Positions 21,417-32,205 of a stretch of 64,000 bases of DNA are shown one piece after another. How positions within the stretch are numbered: the stretch's first letter is position 1; each line of letters opens with the position of its first letter. Source of the DNA: an uncultured Candidatus Binatia bacterium (lineage in GTDB: Bacteria > Desulfobacterota > Binatia > UBA9968 > CAXXLF01). The translations under genes were made by a program, and so were the position numbers. The stretch lies in assembly GCA_965218425.1 (NCBI GenBank), contig OZ244621.1, positions 2,880,001 through 2,944,000 of the forward strand, given 5' to 3'. The notes under the pieces are model-generated. The model made no database searches, was not told the DNA's origin, and worked only from the letters and a program-made list of their open reading frames with translations.

Positions 21417-22796
21417 ATGGCATTTGATTCCTTGCGCGAGTTTGTTTCGTCTCTCGAACGAATGGGAGAGCTTAAACGTATCAAGGCGGAAGTAGATCCG
21501 GTCCACGAACTGGGGGGCATCTCCTATGTGTCGTTACTCCGAAAAGAACCTGCGCTCATGTTTGAAAACATCAAAGGGCACAAAACCCCTGTGCTGACGA
21601 ATGTCCTGTCCACGGACAAAAAGGTTGCCGTCGCTTTGGGAGTGGAAGGCGACATGAAGGAAGTGTTCAAGAAATTCCTTTCCGGTTTCAATGAAACGGT
21701 TCAGCCCGTGGAGGTCAAGGGGGGGCCATGTAAGGAGATCGTTCACAAGGGAGACGAGGTCAATCTTGAGGAGTTCCCCACGCCGGTCTGGCACGAGAAG
21801 GACATTGGACCCTATATCGGAACCTTCCATGGTTGCATCTCGAAAGATCACGAGACCGGCGATCTCAACATGGGTATGTATCGGCTGTTGATAAAGGATA
21901 AAGATACACTTTACATGTCCATGCATAGGGATGGAATGAAACATTTTCGCGGTTGGGAAGCCCACAATAAGAATATGCCGATGTCCATCGCCATCGGCAT
22001 GGAACCTACTCTCTGCATCGCGTCCATGAACCCCATAAGCTCCGGCCTGGCCCGGCACGCCGAGTTTGCTTTTGCCGGAGGGCTCAGACAGAAACCCGTA
22101 GAGCTGACCCAATGTGAGACCATCGACATGCCTGTCCCCGCCCATTCAGAGATTGTGATTGAAGGCGAAGTGCAGGCGGGAGTCCGGGTGTTGGAGGGCC
22201 CCCATGGGGAGTCCCACGGCTTCTACGGGACCGAAGAGGAAGGATGCGTCATCAAGGTGAAGTGCATCACCCATCGGAAAGACCCCATCGCACAGGGGCT
22301 CATTTGCAACTACATGGAGGATGGTGGAAAGCGAATCACCCGCTCTGCAGTTCTCTGGGGTAAATTGAAGAGTCTAGGTACGCCCGGCGTGGTGGACGTG
22401 AGGTTCCCGGATCCCGGCTGCGGTAGGGAGATATGTATCGTCGCCGCCGATGTCACCGAACCGGGCCATGCCAATCAAATTATCGATACGGTTTGGGGCG
22501 TCAGCACCATCATTCCGAATTGGGTTATCGTCGTGGATGCGGACGCGGACCTGGACGATTGGAACGATATCTGGTGGAGGTTGTACACCATGGCGCTGCC
22601 CCACAGGGATATCTGGATCACGCCTCCGCGCCAGAAGGGCGGCCACCAGCCCATGGTCAAGCAGGGCTTTACCTCACGGATCGGCATCGACGCCACGTCA
22701 AAGTTCAAAGAAGTTGAATTTCCGGAAAAGAATATAGTGAGCCGGGAGCTGACCCAGAAGGTCCTGAAGCGATGGAAAGAGTTGGGGCTTGAATAA
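21417..22796 (+). CDS. UbiD-family (de)carboxylase 1
   Basis: NMGMYR, EIVIEG, EGPHGESHGFY and IGIDAT motifs. Confidence 0.92.
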   Translation: MAFDSLREFVSSLERMGELKRIKAEVDPVHELGGISYVSLLRKEPALMFENIKGHKTPVLTNVLSTDKKVAVALGVEGDMKEVFKKFLSGFNETVQPVEVKGGPCKEIVHKGDEVNLEEFPTPVWHEKDIGPYIGTFHGCISKDHETGDLNMGMYRLLIKDKDTLYMSMHRDGMKHFRGWEAHNKNMPMSIAIGMEPTLCIASMNPISSGLARHAEFAFAGGLRQKPVELTQCETIDMPVPAHSEIVIEGEVQAGVRVLEGPHGESHGFYGTEEEGCVIKVKCITHRKDPIAQGLICNYMEDGGKRITRSAVLWGKLKSLGTPGVVDVRFPDPGCGREICIVAADVTEPGHANQIIDTVWGVSTIIPNWVIVVDADADLDDWNDIWWRLYTMALPHRDIWITPPRQKGGHQPMVKQGFTSRIGIDATSKFKEVEFPEKNIVSRELTQKVLKRWKELGLE

Positions 22797-22837
22797 GTTA
22801 TTGATTAACAACAGGCCGATGAATAGAGTCTAATCGT

Positions 22838-25078
22838 ATGGCTAAGGTTGTTGGATCGTCTTTACCCCGGGTGGAAGGTTATTCCAAAGTCACCGGCAGC
22901 TGTCTCTACGCCGCCGATTTCCAGCGTCCGGGAACCCTGTGGGGTAAAGTGCTCCACAGTCCGCTTCCCCACGCGCGGATTCTCAATGTGGATACCAGCA
23001 AAGCCCTAAGCCTTCCAGGGGTCAAAGGTGTCATTACTGCTAATGATATTTCGCCTCGATTGGTGGGGGCCACCCTAAAAGATATGCCGATCCTTGCAAA
23101 GGACCGGGTGCGTTTTGTGGGTGAGGAGATTGCAGCGGTGGCTGCGGTGGATAAGGATGTGGCGGAAGAGGCCCTAGGGCTCGTTGAAGTGGATTATGAG
23201 GAGTTGCCGACGGTTTTTGATCCCCTCGATGCCATCAAACCACAAGCCCCACTCCTGCACTCGGATTATGTTTCCTATGAGGGGCCTCACACCAAAGTTC
23301 CCCATATGCACAACGTCCAGACCCTGGTTCGTGGCGGTAAAGGAGATATGGAGCTGGGTCTTCGCGAGTCCGACCGGGTCTTCGAGAATACCTTTCGTGT
23401 TCAGATGGTGCACCAGAGCTACATTGAGCCTTATGCCTGCACTGTGGAGGTGGATGCCGAAGGTCGAGTGGCGGTCTGGGTTTGCAATCAGGCGTTCTTC
23501 AAACTGCGCAAAGTCCTGGCCCAATATCTGGGCATCGAAGAAAAGACGATTACAATCTTTCCCAGTAACATGGGAGGCTCCTTTGGCGCCAAAGACTTTC
23601 TCACCCATGTGCCGGCGGCCTATTATCTTTCCCGTATCACGGAGAAGCCCGTTAAGTTTGTGAAAAGTTACGCCGAGGAGCTTACGGCCAGCTGTCCCCG
23701 CCATCCGGCGGTAGTGAAACTTCGTACCGGCGTAAAAAAAGACGGAACCCTGTGGGCGTGGGAAGGCAAGACCTATTACAATGGCGGTGCCTATGGGGCG
23801 TTTAAGCCCAATCCCGTGGCATCCATGAGCGGCGCCTTTATGGTGGCAGGGTCCTATCGTATCCCCCATACGCGGCTAGAGGGCTACTGTGTTTATACGA
23901 ATCAGGTGCCTTGCGGTTATTTTCGTGCCCCGGGGGAGACCCAGACCCTGTTCGCGGTGGAAAGTCATATGGATATCATGGCAGAGGCGTTGGGGTTGGA
24001 TCCATTGGAATTTCGGCAGCGGAATGCACTCAGGGAAGGAGACACGAGGGCCACGGGCGAACCTCTGAGGGATCCCCATGCCGTGGACGTTCTGCGCAGA
24101 GTCAAACAGCTCTCGAAATGGAAACCGTCAAGAAGAGCGGTGAAAAGAAACGGCCATCTTCTGGGCCGGGGCATCTCCCTTGGTGACCGCCACGTGGGTC
24201 ATGGGGAGTCGAGTTTTGAATTGTATCTGGAAAAGGATGGGCGCCTTCGATCGGTGAGCGGGGTCGGCGACAACGGCGTGGGGGCCTATACCATGCACCG
24301 CCAGGTGGTTTCCGAAACACTCCAGGTGGATCCGAATCTCGTCCAAATCGAAGTGAGGGATACGTCCTCGGCTCCTTACGATCAGGGTATTATGGGGGCC
24401 CGGGGCACCCATATTGAAGGAATCGCCATTCAACAAGCGGCAAACTCCCTAATTGATAAATTATGTGAGCTTGCGGCGGCGTCCTGGGATGTGAGTCGCC
24501 AGGAGGTCGCCTGGTCTGAAGGTCGTGTGGTCCATAAACGCGATCGTAAGAAGAGATTGGCATTGAATGGTCTTGCCAGGATCCAAGAAGAACCCACTCG
24601 CGGCTTCGGTCATTACAGCGGACACAAGCCTGATGTCTATTCTTTTCAGTCGGTGGTGGCGGACGTGGAAGTTAGCGCAGAAACAGGCCAAGTTAAAGTG
24701 CAGCGTCTATACTTTGTTTACGATGCAGGTCGTATAATCAACCCCGTGATCCACCAGGGACAGATCGACGGTGGCGTCGTCCAGGGCTTGGGGTACGCCC
24801 TCTCGGAAGAGCTTCTGCTCGATGACGGCAGGGTTACCACGACGAGCATGGGCGATTATAAGATATTTACCATCCAGGACGTTCCATCGCTTACGACGTC
24901 TCTGGTCCAAGCCAAGGTGGGCCCGGGTCCCTTCGGTACAAAGTCCGTCGCTGAAGCCGGTATCAGCATCATTGCACCTGCAGTTGTTAATGCCGTGTAT
25001 AATGCCACGGGGGTGAGGATCCACGAGATTCCCATCACCGCGGAAAAGATACTCAGAGGTTTAGCCGAAAATAATTAG
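22838..25078 (+). CDS. Xanthine dehydrogenase family molybdopterin-binding subunit
   Basis: SPLPHARI, GGSFGAK, FRAPG and GQIDGGVVQGLG motifs. Confidence 0.92.
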   Translation: MAKVVGSSLPRVEGYSKVTGSCLYAADFQRPGTLWGKVLHSPLPHARILNVDTSKALSLPGVKGVITANDISPRLVGATLKDMPILAKDRVRFVGEEIAAVAAVDKDVAEEALGLVEVDYEELPTVFDPLDAIKPQAPLLHSDYVSYEGPHTKVPHMHNVQTLVRGGKGDMELGLRESDRVFENTFRVQMVHQSYIEPYACTVEVDAEGRVAVWVCNQAFFKLRKVLAQYLGIEEKTITIFPSNMGGSFGAKDFLTHVPAAYYLSRITEKPVKFVKSYAEELTASCPRHPAVVKLRTGVKKDGTLWAWEGKTYYNGGAYGAFKPNPVASMSGAFMVAGSYRIPHTRLEGYCVYTNQVPCGYFRAPGETQTLFAVESHMDIMAEALGLDPLEFRQRNALREGDTRATGEPLRDPHAVDVLRRVKQLSKWKPSRRAVKRNGHLLGRGISLGDRHVGHGESSFELYLEKDGRLRSVSGVGDNGVGAYTMHRQVVSETLQVDPNLVQIEVRDTSSAPYDQGIMGARGTHIEGIAIQQAANSLIDKLCELAAASWDVSRQEVAWSEGRVVHKRDRKKRLALNGLARIQEEPTRGFGHYSGHKPDVYSFQSVVADVEVSAETGQVKVQRLYFVYDAGRIINPVIHQGQIDGGVVQGLGYALSEELLLDDGRVTTTSMGDYKIFTIQDVPSLTTSLVQAKVGPGPFGTKSVAEAGISIIAPAVVNAVYNATGVRIHEIPITAEKILRGLAENN

Positions 25079-25358
25079 ATTTCTCGGTTGGATTTTGGAT
25101 TTGGATCACGAAATCGTGACAAAGATAACTCGCGTCCTTCGAGAGCCTTGGGACCCCGAGGGGAAGCGAGGGGCAAAGGCGCAGAGAATTAATTTTTTGT
25201 TTGTCGGGAGACGACGATTGGGCAAAAGGGATTTCCTCAGGATGTTCTGCGTCTCTGCGGTGAAGTGTCCGAATCCTTATCCGCGATAATCGGCGAAAAT
25301 CCGCGGTTAAGTTAGTCGAGAGTAACTGGTCTGAACATGCTATCGGTAAGACTCTAAT

Positions 25359-26798
25359 ATGCCGTTCACAAGCTTCAGAGAGTTCATCCAGCGGGTAGAT
25401 CAGGCCGGCGATTTGCTGAAAGTCGATGGCGCCGATAGGGAGGCGGATATCGGCGCCCTCACCGAACTCATCTCGGCAAGCTCAAAACATCCCATGCTTC
25501 TCTTCGACAAGATCAAGGGGTATCCCCAGGGATTTCGTGTGGCCGCGAAACCACTGGCTGGAGTTAAACGCATGGCAATGGCTCTGGAATTGGATCCGGA
25601 GTTAAGTCATGTGGACTTGGTCAAGGGTTGGAAAGAGCGGTTAAAGACCTTTCGACCGCTTCCCCCCAAAGAAGTCAAGGACGGCCCGGTACGGGAAAAT
25701 GTCTTTGGATCAGGGAAAATAGATCTCTCAAAGTTTCCCGCACCCAAATGGCATGATCTGGACGGTGGATTTTACATTGGCACGGGGAGTTGTGTCTTCC
25801 TTCACGACCCGGACGGTCAGTGGGTTAACATGGGGGTCTATCGCGTGGTGGTACACGATGAAGGGACTTTGGGGATTTTCATCAATCACATTCAACACGG
25901 CAGACAGATCCTGCAAAAGTACTGGGCGCAAGGAAAGAGCTGTCCTGTGGCATTGTCCTTCGGGCAGGATCCGGCGGTTTTTCTTGCGGCGGCCCAGAGA
26001 GAACCCTGGGGGGTGGAGGAACTGAGCGTGGCCGGATGGCTTAGGGGAGAGCCGGTGGAGTTTTTCAAGGGCGAGGTAACGGGACTGCCAATTCCTGCCA
26101 CGGCGGAAATCGTAGTGGAGGGTGAGATCCCGCCGTTCGACAAAGAATCGCGTTCGGAGGGACCCTTCGGTGAACGAACGGGATACTACGCCACGGGCTT
26201 GAGGAACGAACCGGTCATCAAGGTCAAGTCTCTCATGCATAGAAACGATCCCATCATTTTCGGCGAGCCTCCGCTGAGACCCGTGCCCGGCATGGATCAC
26301 TTCGGCATCCCGCTGCCTGCGGCCGGTGTTTGGTCCGCGTTGGAGTATGCCGGTGTTCAGGACGTCAAGGGGGTCTGGCAGCATGGACCCTTTGCCACGG
26401 TGATTGCCATCAAGCAGCGTTATGAGGGGCATGCCAGGCAGGCGGCTTCAATCGCCTTGGGGGTCAGGGCCACCCTCGCCATGTGTCGATTCGTTATCGT
26501 GGTTGATGAAGATATCGATCCCGCCAATCTGAGCGACGTCTTTTGGGCGGTGACCAGTCGATGTGATCCCGCCGTTCAGAGTGAGGTCCTAAAAGATTTT
26601 CCCACCAGCGATATCAATCCAAGGGTCCCTCCCGATGAAAGAGGGCAAGGTCGCTTTGTCTCATCCAGGATGATCATAGACGCCTGCAGACCGTTTCGAT
26701 GGCTGGACAAGTTCCCCGTCTCGAATGTTATGAGCGCCGAGAGAAAAAAAGAAATGACCAGGAAGTGGCAACCCATTCTCAAGAAACTTGAAAAGTAG
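25359..26798 (+). CDS. UbiD-family (de)carboxylase 2
   Basis: NMGVYR, EGPFGERTGYY, VVDEDIDP and IIDACRP motifs. Confidence 0.92.
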   Translation: MPFTSFREFIQRVDQAGDLLKVDGADREADIGALTELISASSKHPMLLFDKIKGYPQGFRVAAKPLAGVKRMAMALELDPELSHVDLVKGWKERLKTFRPLPPKEVKDGPVRENVFGSGKIDLSKFPAPKWHDLDGGFYIGTGSCVFLHDPDGQWVNMGVYRVVVHDEGTLGIFINHIQHGRQILQKYWAQGKSCPVALSFGQDPAVFLAAAQREPWGVEELSVAGWLRGEPVEFFKGEVTGLPIPATAEIVVEGEIPPFDKESRSEGPFGERTGYYATGLRNEPVIKVKSLMHRNDPIIFGEPPLRPVPGMDHFGIPLPAAGVWSALEYAGVQDVKGVWQHGPFATVIAIKQRYEGHARQAASIALGVRATLAMCRFVIVVDEDIDPANLSDVFWAVTSRCDPAVQSEVLKDFPTSDINPRVPPDERGQGRFVSSRMIIDACRPFRWLDKFPVSNVMSAERKKEMTRKWQPILKKLEK

Positions 26799-26808
26799 TC
26801 GAGTCGTC

Positions 26809-27855
26809 ATGGCTGTTCTCAAACCTGAAAAACGGGACCAGATGTTCATGGAGTCGGTCCAATTTGCCAAACAGGAGGCGGAACAACGGCAAAAGGCCCC
26901 TGTTATTGTCAAGGCGGCTGAGATCGAGGCCCAGTTCAAAACCCATCCCCACGTCTATCTGGTGGATCCGCGTCTGGGTTTTCATAATCGGACCTTTCGG
27001 TTCTGGATCAACCGTATACCTGCCGGTGAAGAGGAGGGTATGGGGTGGAAAACCCTGGGTCACCGCCACACGGTGGAGGCGGTGATACACGTTCTCCAGG
27101 GAAATGGACACAGCATCATCGACGGGATTCGTTACGATTGGGAAGAAGGGGACTTTATCTCGGTTCCTATGTTTGCCTGGCATCGCCATCTCAATACCGG
27201 TGGCAAGGATTTCGTTTACGTAGCAGCCACAACAGGGCCCCTCTCGTTATCCTTGGGGCTGGCGGTCTATGAAGACGAGCGTTACCCGGAGTACTGGGTC
27301 TTTGGCGGTAAAGGGGAGCAGTCCATGCAGTCGCTGATCCCCGGAGCAGGCGAGGGAAACCGGATCCGCATGAAAACGGAATCCCACCGCCCTGCTAAAA
27401 ACGTTACCGATGGGCTCTACGAAGAACACCTGCTCTTTGCCAGCCGTGAAGAAAAGAAGCGGAAGACGGGCCGGGTATTGAAAAAAGGCCGGGACATTCA
27501 GTTCGAAATGACTCCCATGGGAAAGTTGGCCTACGTCATTGACCCAAAAACGAATTTTTTCATGCGGGTCCTGGGAACCTTAATGGCGGAGATCTCGCCG
27601 GGGAAGTGCTCCGGTGCACACCAGCATATATATGAGGAGGTCAATTACGTTCTGTCCGGGAGCGGTTACAGCATCATTGAAGACAAGCGTTACGATTGGG
27701 GTAAGGGGGACGTCCTCTGTCTACCGGTTTTCAGCTGGCATCAGCACTTCAATACTGGAGCAGATCCAGCCCGCTTCCTCGTACATCACAATCGTCCCCT
27801 CATGGAGAACCTTGGCTTTATGTACGTCCAGCAAGGCGAGGAGACAAATGAATAA
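26809..27855 (+). CDS. Bicupin protein (gentisate 1,2-dioxygenase-like fold)
   Basis: GHRHTVEA...WHRH and AHQHIYEE...WHQH motifs. Confidence 0.8.
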   Translation: MAVLKPEKRDQMFMESVQFAKQEAEQRQKAPVIVKAAEIEAQFKTHPHVYLVDPRLGFHNRTFRFWINRIPAGEEEGMGWKTLGHRHTVEAVIHVLQGNGHSIIDGIRYDWEEGDFISVPMFAWHRHLNTGGKDFVYVAATTGPLSLSLGLAVYEDERYPEYWVFGGKGEQSMQSLIPGAGEGNRIRMKTESHRPAKNVTDGLYEEHLLFASREEKKRKTGRVLKKGRDIQFEMTPMGKLAYVIDPKTNFFMRVLGTLMAEISPGKCSGAHQHIYEEVNYVLSGSGYSIIEDKRYDWGKGDVLCLPVFSWHQHFNTGADPARFLVHHNRPLMENLGFMYVQQGEETNE

Positions 27856-27897
27856 TCGGTTCGACCGATGTTTCACCAACCGTGACCGGAAATTGGC

Positions 27898-28740
27898 ATG
27901 GGTAACGAAATCTCAAACATGGAGCGCTTGAAGCAGCTCGTCGACCGCCCGGAGGAGGCCATTGACCTTGCCGAGGCGGCCCTGCTGATTGCCCAAGGTG
28001 AGTATCCCCAACTGGATATCGGCGCCTATCTTGAGAGACTCGACCACCTGGCCGGGAAGGTGCGCGCAAGGCTTTCGCCAGGCGCACCTCCAGAAAAGAT
28101 CGTTGCCGCCATGAACCAACGCTTGTTTGAGGAAGAAGGGTTCGCGGGCAACACCGGGCGATATTACGATCCTCGCAACAGCTTTCTTAACGATGTGCTG
28201 GACCGCAGGATAGGTATCCCCATTTCTCTTTCCATCGTGTATATGGAGGTGGGCCGACGCCTCGGGCTATCTCTCGAGGGCGTGTCATTCCCAGGTCATT
28301 TCCTGGTCAAGCTGGAGCTGGAAAACGGCGAAGTGGTACTGGACCCCTATTCCGGAGGTGCCAGCTTGAGCGAGCGAGAATTGGGTAAACGCTTGCGCCG
28401 GTTCCATGGCGACCTATCAGGAGTGTCCATCGATCGGTTTCTCACCGGTGCAAGTAAGAAAGAGATTTTGGTCCGCATGCTGCGTAATTTGAAGGCTATC
28501 TATTTGCATCGGGAAGATTTTGCGAGAGCACTATCAGAGGTCCAGCGAATACTCCTCATTATGCCCGATCTCGCGGAAGAGTTGCGTGACAGAGGGCTAT
28601 TATACGAACGTCTGGAATGTGCGCAATCGGCGCTTCAGGATTACCGACGGTATCTTGAGCTTGAACCGAACGCGCGCGACGTTCGGGTGATTCGTAGTCG
28701 CATCATCAATATCGAGAAGACGTCGACGGCCCTTCATTAG
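27898..28740 (+). CDS. SirB1/YchA-like transglutaminase-fold TPR protein
   Basis: YYDPRNSFLNDVLDRRIGIPISLS, FPGHFLV and C-terminal TPR-like ELRDRGLLY. Confidence 0.9.
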   Translation: MGNEISNMERLKQLVDRPEEAIDLAEAALLIAQGEYPQLDIGAYLERLDHLAGKVRARLSPGAPPEKIVAAMNQRLFEEEGFAGNTGRYYDPRNSFLNDVLDRRIGIPISLSIVYMEVGRRLGLSLEGVSFPGHFLVKLELENGEVVLDPYSGGASLSERELGKRLRRFHGDLSGVSIDRFLTGASKKEILVRMLRNLKAIYLHREDFARALSEVQRILLIMPDLAEELRDRGLLYERLECAQSALQDYRRYLELEPNARDVRVIRSRIINIEKTSTALH

Positions 28741-28778
28741 CCCCGGTAACAATCCGGCCGAGGCACCTTTTTTCTTCG

Positions 28779-30533
28779 CTACCCTGTGTACTCCCGGTAC
28801 AAATCCTCGATTTTCTCCTTTACCCGACCGATTTTCTTGGCCAGTTCGTTCAACTGAGCCAGATTGTTGCGGTTCGCTTCGATAGCGAGTTGCTCGTTGT
28901 ATTTCTTCAACGTGTCTTCGCTTTTTATGATCTGGGCTTCGAGCTTTGCGATTCTGGCGTTTTCCCTGCGTTGCGCTTTTTCACGTTCTTTTCTCTCGTG
29001 GTAATTATTCCGCGACGTTGGCGTCTTGCGTGCGCCGCTGGTTTCGGCTTCGTCCTCCCATCCGATCTTTTCTAAAAACTCGTCATAGCTTGAATTGAAG
29101 ACATCGACTTTGCCGCGGTGAAAGACGATCAGTTTAGCGGCTAGGGCCCGAAGAATCCGTTCGTTATGGGTGACAATCAACAAGGCCCCGGGAAAGTCTT
29201 GCAGGCTCTCAATCAATGCCTCGATGGATTCCATGTCAAGGTGGTTGTTGGGTTCGTCCAATAAAAGCAGGTTTGAAGGATGAGCGAGGATCTTGGCCAA
29301 GAGAGTTCGACTTCTTTCGCCGCCGGACAACACGGACACTTTCTTTAAGGCCAAATCGCCGCCGAACATCATCGTGCCGCATAGGTTTCGAACCTGCGTA
29401 CGTGTCAATGCAGGATTGGTTCTCTCGATTTCTTGTTCGATGGTTAACTCTGGATTGAGCCTTTGAATATTGGTTTGGCCGAAGTATCCCAGTTTCACGC
29501 CCGAATGAGTCTTGATCTCGCCCTCAAGCGGTTTGAGTCCGCCGGACAGGACGTTTAACAAAGTCGATTTGCCTTTACCGTTTTTGCCGATCACCCCGAA
29601 TCGGTCGTGTGCGTTGATGGTTAGATTCATGTGCCGAAACAAAACATCGTCGGAGGTGTAGCCAAATGAAATATTACGCGCATCCAGTAGTGTTTTGGCC
29701 GCAAAGGCAGCGTGCCTAAACTCAAAATTCAAAGACTCAATATCCGCGAGCCCATCGAGTTTGAGGATTTTCTCCAGTATTTTGATGCGTGACTGAACCA
29801 TTTTGGCTTTTGAAGCCTGGGCTCTAAACCGATTGATAAAGGCTTCAGCGTGGGCCCGTTTTTTCTCTTCGTGGGCGCGGGTCTTTTCGTGTATCTCGTC
29901 TTCGAGGACGATTTGAGCATAGGCCTGGGCGGTGCCGCCTTCGAATTTGCGGATTTTCTGGCGATGGATAACCGCGGTGTGCGTGGTGACGCTGTCCATA
30001 AAGTCACGATCATGGGAGATCAAAATAAGCTCGCCTTTAAAATTGACCAGAAACCTTGCGATCCAACGAACCGATGTGATGTCGAGGTAGTTTGTCGGTT
30101 CATCAAGCAAGAGCAGATTGGGGTCGGAGAGTAGAAGCTTTGCAAGGTTAATGCGAATTTGAAAGCCGCCGGAAAACTCATGAGGCGCCCTTTCAAGATC
30201 GGCGTGGGAAAATCCCAGACCGAATAAGATGGCTTCAGCCTTATAAATGAAGTGGGATTCTTCTTCCGGCAGTCCTCGAGCCGCTTCCTCCAAAATCGTG
30301 GGCCGGGTAAAGTGTAAGTGCTGCTCGAGATGGCCGATGCGATAGTTCCGCGGGATGGTGATCTCGCCGGAGTCGGGCTCTTCTTGTCTCAGAATGAGTT
30401 TAAATAGGGTGGATTTGCCGTGGCCGTTGCGTCCTACGAGGCCCAGGCGATCACCCGCATTCATCTGTAGCGTGACGTCGGCGAAAAGCTCACGGGCAAA
30501 ATAGGACTTGGAAAGTTGTTTGATCTTAATCAC
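28779..30533 (-). CDS. ABC-F family ATPase
   Basis: Two ABC domains (GRNGHGKST, GKNGKGKST, LLLLDEP twice), no TM segments, coiled-coil tail. Confidence 0.93.
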   Translation of the reverse strand: MIKIKQLSKSYFARELFADVTLQMNAGDRLGLVGRNGHGKSTLFKLILRQEEPDSGEITIPRNYRIGHLEQHLHFTRPTILEEAARGLPEEESHFIYKAEAILFGLGFSHADLERAPHEFSGGFQIRINLAKLLLSDPNLLLLDEPTNYLDITSVRWIARFLVNFKGELILISHDRDFMDSVTTHTAVIHRQKIRKFEGGTAQAYAQIVLEDEIHEKTRAHEEKKRAHAEAFINRFRAQASKAKMVQSRIKILEKILKLDGLADIESLNFEFRHAAFAAKTLLDARNISFGYTSDDVLFRHMNLTINAHDRFGVIGKNGKGKSTLLNVLSGGLKPLEGEIKTHSGVKLGYFGQTNIQRLNPELTIEQEIERTNPALTRTQVRNLCGTMMFGGDLALKKVSVLSGGERSRTLLAKILAHPSNLLLLDEPNNHLDMESIEALIESLQDFPGALLIVTHNERILRALAAKLIVFHRGKVDVFNSSYDEFLEKIGWEDEAETSGARKTPTSRNNYHERKEREKAQRRENARIAKLEAQIIKSEDTLKKYNEQLAIEANRNNLAQLNELAKKIGRVKEKIEDLYREYTG

Positions 30534-31089
30534 GACAGGTTGGTCCGCTAGAAGATCGAGTCACGTTAATCAAGTGCGCGGTTCGGAAAATCAATTATTG
30601 TTGTTTAGATCGAGCGCGGTGCCAGAAGGACAAATGAGCGTCTAACCACTGATAGTGGTTAACCTCATAGTCTTCATCGAACGGGGATTTATCATGGCCC
30701 GGGCGCGCACGCTGGCAATCACAATCAGAGTGCGATTTTATCATTCTTTTGACAGAATTTCGACTCGCGGCATAGCCATCGAGGATTTGGCATGAGTGGC
30801 CGCTCTGCCCATTGACGTCCCGGGGCAACAAACGCAAAGCCGTTGAATCGCATCCCTGAACGATTGACAACCCTTTCCCCTGTGATATTGGTCTCTAAGT
30901 TTCAAACCCATTGAGTCCTGAGGGTTTGTCTGGACCGAGGTAAGGGGGAGATGTTATATCCATCAAGAGCTGCGGCTAGCTAATCAGCAAACACTAACTC
31001 GGCCGCTAACTAACTGGCAACTGAGATGTCGGGTGACGATTTATGTTCCCCTTGACATGATCTCTGGTGAGAGATAGAGGCATGAACTG

Positions 31090-32205
31090 ATGTATCATGG
31101 AGTCAAAGTCTTGGACGTTCACAGTCACGTCCATGACATCTCGATGACCGACCGGAGTCTACAGCCGCGGCTTGCTACCCCGTTTTGGAGCTCTCTCGCG
31201 GGCTTGCCTGGCCTCGGCGCTTCCAAGCCGCTTCCAAGTCCCATTGGTCCTGGCAAGCATTCCCAGCAACCCGGGAACAGAGACGAAGACTTCAATGCCG
31301 TGGTGGCCGCTCTTGCCAAGTACATGGACGCCCGCAACATCGATACTCAGATCCTAAGCCCTCACCCACTCCAGATTCACGGCTGGATGGAGGATGAAGT
31401 TCTCTTTAAAAGTTGGATGAGCTACTCCAACGACTTGGTCTTCAAGTTAGTCCAGGCTCAACCTGCTCGTTTTGTTGGAGCCTGTCACCTTCCACAGCGC
31501 GCGGATGCCAAGGATACCACTCATTGTCTAGAGGAACTAGAGCGCTGCGTGCACGAGTACGGGTTTGTCGCCACCTACGTTTCGCCGGACATCACCGGCA
31601 AGGGTGACACGCCCACGATGAATATGCCGTACTGGCACCCTCTCTACGGAAAATGTCAGGAGCTCAACATCCCTATCATTGTGCATGGCACGGATAAACT
31701 TGACCCTCGTTATCGCACCATGAACGTCAGCCGGTACTTTGAGTTCAACTTCATACCTCCACAGTCAATGGCGTGCGCGACCCTGCGGGTCAATGACCAG
31801 TTCGAACACTTTCCCGGGCTAAAGATTATTATCTGCCACTGTGGCGGCTTTATCGATCGCCTCGGAGAGGGCCACCCTTACCGTGCTAAAATTAAAGACA
31901 ATTCCAACAACCTGTTCTACGACACCGCTGCCTATGACTTGGATTTCCTTTCTCTGGCTATTAAGCAGCGCGGCGCCTCCCAGTTTGCCTTTGGCACGGA
32001 AGCTCCCGGTTCGGGGACGGAGATGCGTCCTGGCACGAAATACACGGCGGATGACCTTGTGCCCATGTTCGAGAGTCATCCAACTCTCAACTTCCTGAGT
32101 GAAGAGGACAAGCTGGACATCCTGCACAATACTCCTGCCAAGCTCGCTCCCGGACTGGCCGACGCGGCCACGCAAAACGCCAAGGCCAAAGTTAAAGCGT
32201 ACTAG
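31090..32205 (+). CDS. Amidohydrolase_2-family protein (LigJ/ACMSD-like)
   Basis: DVHSH, IIVHG, CHCGG, YDT and FGTE motifs. Confidence 0.88.
   Translation: MYHGVKVLDVHSHVHDISMTDRSLQPRLATPFWSSLAGLPGLGASKPLPSPIGPGKHSQQPGNRDEDFNAVVAALAKYMDARNIDTQILSPHPLQIHGWMEDEVLFKSWMSYSNDLVFKLVQAQPARFVGACHLPQRADAKDTTHCLEELERCVHEYGFVATYVSPDITGKGDTPTMNMPYWHPLYGKCQELNIPIIVHGTDKLDPRYRTMNVSRYFEFNFIPPQSMACATLRVNDQFEHFPGLKIIICHCGGFIDRLGEGHPYRAKIKDNSNNLFYDTAAYDLDFLSLAIKQRGASQFAFGTEAPGSGTEMRPGTKYTADDLVPMFESHPTLNFLSEEDKLDILHNTPAKLAPGLADAATQNAKAKVKAY

Noticed and set aside
22838..25078. Aerobic CO dehydrogenase CoxL
   Set aside because: The active-site loop reads GYFRAPG rather than AYxCSFR, and no coxM/coxS are adjacent.
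30540..31080. ncRNA or leader peptide upstream of the amidohydrolase
   Set aside because: Only a 10-codon ORF and short CTAA repeats are present; no recognisable RNA family or convincing structure.
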